Source: Camelus ferus
Lineage: Eukaryota
Length of the DNA stretch: 64,000 bases
NCBI RefSeq assembly: GCF_009834535.1
Contig: NC_045697.1
Span: 99,636,001-99,700,000, forward strand
Direction of reading: 5' to 3'
The notes below the pieces were generated by a model. That model did not search any database, was not told the DNA's origin, and saw only the letters and a list, made by a program, of their open reading frames with translations. A program made the position numbers and the translations under genes. How positions within the stretch are numbered: the stretch's first letter is position 1; every line of letters starts with the position of its first letter. Shown one piece after another: positions 24,720 through 34,937 of this stretch.

Positions 24720-24840
24720 TCCATTTCCTTTGTGGTTCCGTGGAATGAGAACACTGACCTTGCGGGATTCTTATAAGGATGGGAGATCATGTATGATGGT
24801 ACCTGGCGCTGAGTAGGTACTTGATAAATGGTTGTTACTA
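24720..24840 (+). mobile_element. MIR SINE fragment
   Basis: gtacctggcgctgagtaggtacttgataaatggttgttacta. Confidence 0.6.
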
Positions 24841-25039
24841 CAGGTCCAGTTTTAACTGGGTGGGCAGGACACAGTTAAACCAAGAGAGGACATTGTAAAA
24901 GGCTGAACAAGAAAAAGAGGGAGGGGTGGGATGGTGGCATCTAGCCCGAGAGCCCTGCTGTCGCCTCTCCCTAACTCTGTCCTCTTAACAAGCCACGTGC
25001 AGTATTGGATGGATGAGACCTGGTGTCTGCACAGACAAC

Positions 25040-25275
25040 CCGAGCCAAGAGGTGACGTGACGTGGAGTTACAGACTGCACATCTCCCTCTAATGAGCCAG
25101 CCTGCTCGTTAAGGGCGCAGTGCGGCGCGGAGCCCAGATGGGCTGGTGTGTGCGGTTGTGCACGCCCCCTCCCGTGCGTGCGGGCGGTTGGAGCGCACGG
25201 GCAGGACCGCCAATCTCACGGTTGGTTAGTTCCCAGCCCAGCACTGGGCTGGGCGGTGGGATGTGTGCGAGAGAT
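25040..25275. promoter_or_regulatory. Small CpG-rich patch; candidate promoter or enhancer
   Basis: About 20 CpGs in ~230 bp by eye; TGACGTGACGT, two GGGCGG boxes, CCAAT, three TGCRCNC cores. Confidence 0.5.
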
Positions 25276-25440
25276 GGTTGTCAAGGACAACTGTGGGAGT
25301 CACACAGCCCTCCAGCGACTTGGGAAATGGACTCTCGTCAGCCAACCATGCTCTTGAGAGCTTGCTTAGTGAATAGGTGCCTGGGAGTGAGAGGAGACAC
25401 TAGCTGGTTTCCCAAAGGGCTTGCTGCCCAGCTAGATGAT

Positions 25441-26515
25441 CACACCCTCCCCCACAGCACGCGTCCGCATGCCACACCCAGACCATACATATACACACAC
25501 ACCGTGCATCACGTGTGCACACGTCACATGCACCACGCGTGTATATCCACATGCATACCACACAGTCCACACACCTAAAACACATACCCTCTACATATAC
25601 CACACACATGTACACACATCACTCACACCTGCCACAGACCACAGACACATACACACATATCACACAAATTTACACATGCCATATGTGTCACACATCACAC
25701 ATGTTTATATACCAAATGCACGATGCACACACCACACTACACATACCACACACACATATGCCACATGCAGCACACAGACACATCAACCCCACACCAGCCT
25801 CATGCACATCTACCACACACTATATACAGACACCACACATGGACATGAGTCATCCACTCCCGCATCACACCCCCATGTACATACCTGTGTCCCCCCACAT
25901 TTCCATACGTATGACATCCATGTAGACACACACGCCACGTAAATACATACCACACAGTTACACATCTACACTGCAATATCACACAAATACACAACCCTCA
26001 CAGTACACACTTGTACACACACACGCACCATACAAACACCCCACACAAAATGCAGAGGTACTCACATCATACATATGAAAACACATTTCTACACACTACA
26101 GATACTCACACTACACACACACACCATGCACACATGCCTTACATATACACCTCACATATGCACAGAAATCCTCCCATGCCCCACATACATCACACACATA
26201 TTCATATACAAACATGAACAAATATGCATCACCCAGTCCACCTACCACCACTCACACCGACACCACCATACATGTGTACACACACATATAACCCACCCAC
26301 AGCACATACATACATACACACACACCAACACCTCCACTCCACATGCATACACAGCCTCACCATGCACACACAGCACAGAAATACACATGCCACATACCAT
26401 ACCCCTGATCACACACAACGTGCACACAACACACAGGCTGAAACTTCTTATATGTCCATAACACGCACACTACCACACACATGAGTAACCTCACACACAC
26501 CCCATAAACACACAG
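25441..26515. repeat. ~1.1 kb degenerate CA-rich low-complexity tract
   Basis: Continuous cacacat/acacac variants, very G-poor on the + strand; source of the His/Thr-rich ORFs. Confidence 0.95.
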
Positions 26516-27689
26516 AATATGCCTTGCTATCTCCCCTTGCAAGTGTGTGACCCATCAAGGACTAGGACGCTGAACCTGCAGAACTCAGAGCAGCGGGGAC
26601 AGGATCACCAATTGAACCAGTAAGTCATGGGGGATGATGTTAAGTGGGGTCACTACTGCTCCCATCTCTTGATTCCCAGACCCTTTAATTTTCCCTCCCG
26701 GGGACACAGCACCGTAAAGGGACCCCTTACTTCACGCACATCCCACGTCCTAAAGAAGGGTGTCCTGCCCTTGCAGAGGATTTCAGCAGTGTTTTTAGGA
26801 GATGGTTCCAGAATTCTGAGCCTGGCAGATTTTGGAAGGTGTGGTATGTGATACAGCAGCAGATCCCATGGGTTTACTCCCTTCTCTCCTTCACTGTGAA
26901 GTGGGTCCGTGTTGGATGCTGTGTTGTTCGGGATTCAAGTCAGTGGATCAAGCACACTGTAAACCCCTGGGTAGTGGTCCTGGCTGAGGCTCTGTAAGCA
27001 CCAAGGACAAATTCATACTGAGATATGGATCTATCTCTGTGAAGAGGAACTCCTGACTGTTCCGACATGGGAGGGTCCTCATGTAGGTGACGTCACCAAA
27101 TGGCCCATTGGTCTCGTTGAGAAATAGTGCCACCTCAGGGACTTAGGAGGGATCATTGCTGTCGACCTGTCAGGCCTTCCAAGGCAGCAGTACCGAGATC
27201 AGCCTTGTTAAGTGGAAACTAATACTACCGAGTCCATCCGAAGTCTCTGTCTCTGTCCCTGTGGCCGTCCCTTTCCTGTGTCCATCACGCCGTTTCTGAG
27301 ACAGCTGGTGACAAAAAATGGCTAACACCAACTGGCTGATCCATTTTGTCCACTTAGTTGTTCAGCACCTCTTCTGTGAGGACGCTTTTTTAGCGGGCAT
27401 TCAACTGTGATACAGCAAGCTTGACACTTCATGCTCAATCCCGTATGTCCATCTGCATGCTTCCACCCCAGGGCTCCTCACCAGGCTTCCAGGTCTTCTG
27501 CCCCCGGGCTTCTGGACAGTCCAGGAGTCTATATACTCTCACCTGGGGTCACAGAGCAGATGGCTGGGTGCACCACTCACTGCTGTGCCCACTGGGAAGC
27601 TTTTCCTTCCCCTCTGTCTTTCAAGGTCAGCCCTGAACATGACTGTAATACAGCTGCCACTCATTTTTGGTTTGCATCCCATGTCAAGC

Positions 27690-28134
27690 CACATGAGAGA
27701 ATTCTCCGTGGGTCTCTATTGTTTCTGCATGTTTGCAAGGAGAGGCCCTGACTGCCTTGGTCCTAGACCATCTTTTCCAGTGTGTCTGGACAGTGAACAG
27801 CCTTGGAAGAAGAGAGAGTGTCTCCCTCCTGAGCAAAGAGCAGACATGCTTACTGTCCATAATAGAAGGTTTGGGTTTCCTCAGCTCAAGGTTTCTTTCC
27901 GGTAACGCAGCCCACTCCACGTGCAGGTATCCCCTAGCATTCTTTGCATTGCTTTACTAGAATTGGAGCTCAGGGAACTGGCACTCAAAAGTGCCGACCC
28001 CTTGGCTACTGCTATTGTGCTGAGTGATAAAGTTCTTTGTCTCTGACCTTGTATCTTCTGCTGGCCTCCATACAACTGTGGCAGGACAACTTGCTAGCTG
28101 ACAAGCAGGGTAAAATCTCAGACTCTTTCTGACA
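27690..28134 (+). mobile_element. ERVL solo LTR (MER70/MER54-group-like; subfamily uncertain)
   Basis: aattctccgtgggtctct...aacagccttggaagaagagagagtgtctccctcctgagcaaag...gggtaaaatctcagactctttctgaca. Confidence 0.8.
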
Positions 28135-31100
28135 AACTGACCCATTATAACCCAAGTTTGCACTTTCTCTCTCCTCCTTCAGTTGGTCATATGGGATGCT
28201 CCTCTGGCAATAGATGAGAGCTGGGGATAGGCACTGGGGCAACCAGTATGAGTGACAAGGGGACCTGGGCTCCCTGCTCATGCAAATTCCTCTTGCTTCT
28301 GGTTCCACTTATTTGCATCTTACAGCAAGTTACATCTGAGCCTGTCTGATTTCATGATGTGGCAGTTCTACTAGAACCCAGATCCGACTGGGCAGTCCAG
28401 ACACATGGCCACACAATGCTCCATGGTCTAGCATTCTATCAGAATCATGCCTAGAAACATGCCAGGAGCTTTCTCAAAAGGCATACAATTCTGCTATACA
28501 TAGCATGGCCTTCCTCCAGAACCCCAGCAGCCTGAGTTGTTTTTTCACTAGGATTTACCGTAAAATCCACACTATATCTTTTTCTACTATGGGCACTTCC
28601 AACATCAGAAGGTTTCCTGGATCGTACGGTCCAAGTGACAGGCCCACTTGCCCCACAGCCTGGAGCTGCCCCAGGGCCCATTCCTCCGCCAGGCCTCATA
28701 GCAAGCTGGCTGGCTCTGTGTCACCTGGAACACAGGCTAGAACAGCAAAGGTGTGGGATGTGGCCAAAGAGGCCTATCAGGTGCTGTGCTTCCTTCCTTG
28801 TGCTAGAGGATGCAAGACATTTGTCTTTCACTGTAGAGGGGTATCCTGGACCTCTGGAGGCTTCACTGCAGTGGCAGCTCCCTGATAGATCCTTCATCTA
28901 TCTCCCCTCCAGAACGTCCATGTCTTCCCAGGGCCTCCAGTGTATAGCAACCTCTGCTCATCTTTCCCAGTCAACATGATGCCAGCAACACAGTGGACGT
29001 TTCTGCAGAACGCCCCGAGAGTCCAGACCTCCTGGGACCGGATTGTGGCAGATGGTGAGTGAGTTTAAAAAAAAAAGCCCTAGAATATACTTGAATTATA
29101 ATAAATACTGTCTCTGACTCCCCAAATCAGTGGTCATGTACCATGTACCTGAGGCACATCCATCTGTTCTAGCAATGAAGTCACATCTGGTACGGCAGCT
29201 TTGGTCAGGATTATACTTGGCTAAGGCTGCAGTGGACCACTGTCATTTTCAAGGCCACACCTAGTTTCTGTGGGGGCCAGACTGGCAAGGAGGTGTGTTG
29301 GGGACCACCACCTAAGTATTTTTCACGTCTTGAATGGGCACAAATCTCCACCCCTGGAATATGATATTGTTTTTGATCTTACTCTCTTAGCTGGGAACAG
29401 GGTGGGCAGAGGGCACCTTCAGAGGCATCCATTTGGCCTTTCCTGCTGTGAGAGCCCCCAACCAACAGGCCACATGTCCAATGTGGGGCTTACAGCAACT
29501 GCCCAGTATATCAATTCTGATGATCCACTCAGGACCTGGAGACATGACTACTAGGTGGACCTATAGGCCTACCCAGAGGACGCCCTATAAGCCAGGCTTT
29601 AGCCAGGACTTTATTTCCTGGCGCTGTGAGCCCCAACTCTAAAAAGGAGCTGTGATCACACCTCAGGTCTCCAGGTGTCAATGCCAACTCAGACTTGTGT
29701 CTGATGGCCTCAAAATATCTGGGTATCTTCCTTTCCCAGTGTATGCAGGACTCCGGGAAAGAACTAGGGGAATCATCATGGTGTATACTTGCCACGGTGT
29801 TGCAGTTCTCTCCTCCCAGTGAAGCACTTGATGCCAACATGAAGACTAAGTGATCCCTGACTTAAGACACTGTTGCTTCAGTGTAGGCTTCGGCATAAGC
29901 CTTCCCTGCCTGCGTGAATGTAATTCCCTGATACCGGGCCCACTGCCAGGAAGGAACTGGGACTTGGAGAGTTCATCTGGGTACATGTTAATTGGCTGAC
30001 CAATGGACTGAATGCTCTTGCTCAAAAATCTGGAAGGAATGAGTCCAGATTCTAACAGCAGGACATTTTAGTGGCTGTGCTCTGTTTCTCGGGCTAGTGG
30101 AGACCATGCTAAGAGTCACCATCTCTAGACCCACATCTGACCACTGGGTTTGCGGTTCTAAGTTTGTAGAATTTCAAGGTTAGAAGGGACCATACAAGCC
30201 ATCCCACACAACCTGACATGACCCAAAATGTTGACAAGACTGTCACGTAGAAGTATAGACCTGGTGACGTCATCCACGTTAACTCTGGTGTCACATCTGC
30301 CTCCCTTTATGCAGCTCTGGACACAGCTAGAAGTAGTGACTAGCCCATGTTCTGGCTGTTACAATTAATTGTTGTCCAAAGTTTTCTGTGTCCAAATGTC
30401 TGGGCCCTGTGACTTGAGAGCTTACACATTGCCTGTAAATGTAGTTATCATAATAAATAATAAATTTGAAATCAAATCCCATACTAACTTCCCCTGGCCA
30501 TCCCACACTCTCCTCTGTCACCATGCAATCAGTTGGCATATGGCTTAGGATATATCTGCCACACACCAGCAAAAACAAGGCACAGTTAGGGAGCATATCT
30601 GCTGTCAGGAAACCATGCAATTAATTTCAAAGTAAAAAAATAATTGGATTATCTGTGGCATGGCTTTCTTCATTAGTGAAGATAATTGGGAGATTTTAGT
30701 AGTATATTTCCTTCCTTCTTGAAGAAAATGCTTCTAATGTAATGATGGGAATCCCTCTCCTTTATGCTGACACCGAGTCGGAGTTTGTAGGAGCTTATGT
30801 CTGGTACCTTTAATTGGCAGGTAAAGGGTAAAGTACTAGAAAAATGTAAGCTTGGACCATGAAAAAAAATCACTGAAGCCCTAACTATCACTGCTCACCA
30901 CCACCCCATGTGGACATGACATCTGCCACACACAGCCACACTAGGGGTGAAGTCACACAGACGCATGCTCTCCAGAAGGAGTCAGTGGTCAGAGCCAGGC
31001 TGGCCAAGTGCAATCTGGCAGTGGAGTTAACAGACTAAATCCAGGCAGGAAGGATCCTGAGGGCAAGGTCTGAGAGTCAGCAAGACCAGCAGGCAGGGGA

Positions 31101-31194
31101 GGTGATACCCACGATGAAAAGAGACATGCCCTGTCCTCCACGTTATGCTGCCTGCTGGCTGAGCTTGGCTCCGAGCAGGGTCACAAGGCCACAT

Positions 31195-31338
31195 GCAGGG
31201 AAGTCACCTGAGGAGGGTCCCTGCCACAGACTTGTTTAATCAGCATCTTTGGGATCCAGGCCCAGAATATACGTGTATGTATTTTAACAAGTTCTCTGGG
31301 TGATTCTTTGTTTTTTTTTTTTGGAAAGTTCGGAACAT
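31195..31338. mobile_element. MER5-family MITE remnant
   Basis: aatcagcatctttggg...tgtattttaacaagttctctgggtgattct...aaagttcggaac. Confidence 0.65.
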
Positions 31339-34300
31339 CGTCATTAGAATTTGGGTGATTCCTATGCAATGAATATTTCAGACACACTTCTCTGGGCACA
31401 CTGTGCACACTCCAGCGGAGGACTTCCACCTGCCTAGGTGTGAGTCCGTAGCTGATGGCGGCCGGCTCACCACTGTGGGGGGCACGTATGTCTTCACAAC
31501 CCCAGTGGCACTGATATTCGCCAGGATCAAATCCAAAATGGGTTTTAATGAGCATGATCTTTTTGAGAAATGCTGTTTCAAAATCCCCAACCAGCAATGG
31601 GCAATCTCTTAAGGCAGGAAGGCTGAGACATAAGCAACAATTTATTTCCTCGGAACCGGTCAGGGTGGAGCGGCTGTCTTTTCTAGCTGGATGTGCTGAA
31701 TTAGAACCATGCAAAACAAATACAGTTCCCCTGGGGCCCTGCGCATGATTTATTTCCGGATTTAATGAATGGCCACGTGCCTGGGTGAGTGGAAAATAAC
31801 CTGCAGACTGGCTCATCCCTGAAGTGCAGCGGAGAAGCCGCTCTCGCTGAGGCCACTGAAGGACGCTGACCCACTTCCACATCCTAATCTCCTGGCAAAG
31901 CAGGTGACACGGCGGTTGACAAGGTACACAGGCTGCCACCTTTGCCTCTGAGAACAGTTTCTCGACAGCCTATGAAATGTCTATTGATCTGAGCATGTAG
32001 CTGATGTCAACACTGATTGTCTGATGGGAGGCTACTCAATATCACAAGGTCACGATGAGGGAAAAAATCTAATAATTCACCCTCTTGGTGCACAAAGCAT
32101 CAGGTATCGTTTTCTTCCTTCTTAATAGTGTCTTTCTGTGGCTGCCAAGCGACTCTCCCCCATCACTGGCCTTGCTGTGGGATTTAGGTCTTACATTTGC
32201 TGTTATTTACCTGTTTCTCCTCTGGCTTAACTTTTCAGATTCATGTCACAGCCAACACCTGCTTTATATGCTCTGGCCCTGCTGCAGCCTCATCGCACAA
32301 CAGGCAGGTTTAACTCCTCAAGAGAAAGCTTTTCTTCACCAGCCCTGGGATTTTTCTGAACGGCATTTCCTGCCTGTAAGGAGCACCATCTCTCTATTAA
32401 AATAATGTTTATCGCTGCTTAATTGATTTAACAGTCACCTGCCTTGCAGGTGTCCAGTTGGACTTAACAAATTCATTAGTTTGTAAGTTTCTGTGAGATT
32501 CACAGAGGGGATGAGGTCTGATGAAGACATGTGGGCACTGCTGCTGGGGCCCACAGAGTACTAAGAGATGAATCACACAGTGTCCCACCCCAACCCCACC
32601 TGCCACCCCCACCCCACCCCACCCCCAGGAAGGGCAGCCATCTTAAGGGGAAGCAGGGCAGTTTTTAATAACAGAATTATCTCCATCCATATAGCTGCTC
32701 CTACCCAAAATTATGACTTAGGCAAAATTTGTATCCAGAGGTACCACTCTTCTCTTTTTTTGCACATTATTTGCCCTTTGATTCATTCATTCTCTCCTGT
32801 CCTCCCATGCCCCTCCTTTCTCTCTATCCTTCACCCTCTGTCTCCCTCCTTCTCTAGGGAACATTCCTTGCCTGTACCCTGCTGTCAGAAAAACATAAGA
32901 TAAACTGATTCACATTGAGGAATAAGTGACTAATACAGTTAACATCCCTTTAATAGCATGCTATTTGAAGAGGACGATCTTAAATCAAAGGGCAAAAAAT
33001 ATTAGGATAGTGGATATTCACACACCAGCACAGAGGTGAGGGGAAGTGAGGTTTTCATTGTTCTGAAATCATCATACTAGTTAACATCCTTCTGCCTTTT
33101 CATTAAAGTTAATAGAAACCTGTTTCTTGGATCACACGTGAAAGGTGTCAGTTTCATTCCACATGTTCACATGTGTCAGAAACACAATTCTTTGCTTTCC
33201 TTTTTTTTCTTTCTAAGCCTCCGTTCCTCTGGGGTTGCAGAAATTGAATTTCAATTAATTTGGCTTCTCCCCTCCCATATTCCCTGGGTTGCATCTAAAT
33301 TTTGGAGGCTTGCATAATGCCAGGTACTGGGAGGGGACATCTGGTCCTGGGGATCATTCTCTAGCCGTGCTGGCCTCCTCTGAGATGGCCCCCTTGCCAT
33401 CTGGTCTTGGGTTATTGGTTCACCGGGGGGGGGGGCTGCTGAGTCATTCCTTGTTCCTGACCACGAGACTCCTTCCCACTCAGCTCTCTCTCAGCCACTT
33501 CCGGGACCTCCTGGGCACGTAGGTGTTAACTGCTTCTGCCACCCAAGTCCAGGCCTCAGAAATCTCCAAGAGGCTTTCCAAAATGCTGCCCCATGTCTTT
33601 GCCACTGTGTGGATCCTAGCAGCGCCCCACATGGAGGGGCATGAGAAGAGCATTCTTTTGTCGGATCACGTTGATGCCTGGACTTAGCCAGGAACCTGGA
33701 TGCAGGACCCCTTCTTCCCTAGGCAGAACTGACCAATATGTATTAGAAGGGCATCTGTCTCCTCCCTAATCCTGCTCCAGGCTGAACCTGTGGAAGGGGC
33801 ACAGGAACGTTTCTCAGGGGCCCACCAGCCTCTGAGTCCTTGGAACTTTCTTCTGATTCCCTTCCTCCCCATGGGTAATTAGTTACTCATCTTTTCTCTA
33901 ATTTCTGCTGTGTTATCCTTTTCTTGAGGTCAAAAATGCAAAATGACTGAATAGAGGGAGGAGCCAAGGGATGCCAGAAAAAGGTGGACAAAGAAGGATT
34001 TTGTTATAAAACATCCAGCAAACTATAAAATCCTATGCTAGCCATTAGAAGGGATAAGTATCGGAAAGCATAGGTCTTGTCTGCAAGAACCTTACACATA
34101 TAAAGGTAATGCTAAATACCAATTCGGGAGTCAAATGAATTTATAAAGAAAAAAGAAGTCAGTTCATAATTGTCCCACCCCACTTTCCCTTTTCTTTTCC
34201 TTTTTTCCCTTTTCCCTTTCAATGAATTAGGATTCAGGCTCTCAGTGGCAATTTATTAAAGTTAGAAGCCAAATAGAACACTGGTCAGACTCTATCAATA

Positions 34301-34543
34301 AATATGACTATAGCTCAAATCTGTGATTAAACTAGAAAAAACAAAGCTTTACCATGGAATTTACTGACTGTGTGTGGAACTGGATACAAATGAATTCTAA
34401 GACTAAAGGATGTGAACGCCCCCTTTAGAATTTGAATGTCATCTGCCTGTTTAAAGATCTGTGAATTTGAAGGCTTTATTTTTAATATTAAACACCTAGA
34501 GCAGCAGCCACATAATTTAGGGACTGGGGTAAAAGGAGATGAT

Positions 34544-34937
34544 TGTATTAGTCAGGGTAAATCCGGCTAGCTCCTACAACAACGACCCCCAAATCCCCAT
34601 GCCTGAACACAATGAAGGTTATTTTTCACCCACCTCACAGTCCATTGTTCCCCAGACTCATCCAGGGACCTAGCCTCTGCCTTTCACTCATGGCTCCCAA
34701 GTGCATCCTGGGTGTCGACATCGAGCCCCTGACAAGACGGGAGACTGCTCAGGGTCGGGCTGGGTGTCTTAGGGGGCTGCCTCACAGGTAATGACATGGC
34801 CTCTGCTCATCTTTCACTGGCCAAAACTTGGTCCCATGGCTCCGTCTAATCAAAGGAGGCTGGGAAGTGTCATGTATCTGTGGGCCCAGGAGAAACAGGT
34901 AACAGGTTCTGTGAGCACATCGCAGCTTCTCTGCCAT
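34544..34937 (-). mobile_element. MLT1 (J/K/L-like) MaLR LTR
   Basis: tgtattagtcaggg...cccccaaatc...aacacaatgaaggttattt; cactggccaaaacttggtcccatggc...ggaggctgggaagtgt. Confidence 0.8.

Noticed and set aside
25400..26542. His/Thr-rich and Cys/Val-rich ORFs that look like metal-binding proteins
   Set aside because: Translation artefacts of the CA-rich low-complexity tract, open in many frames
31181..31939. Longest ORF in the track (252 aa, minus strand)
   Set aside because: No recognisable domain, non-ATG start, and the C-terminal part runs through a T homopolymer and a MER5 remnant; most likely a chance ORF
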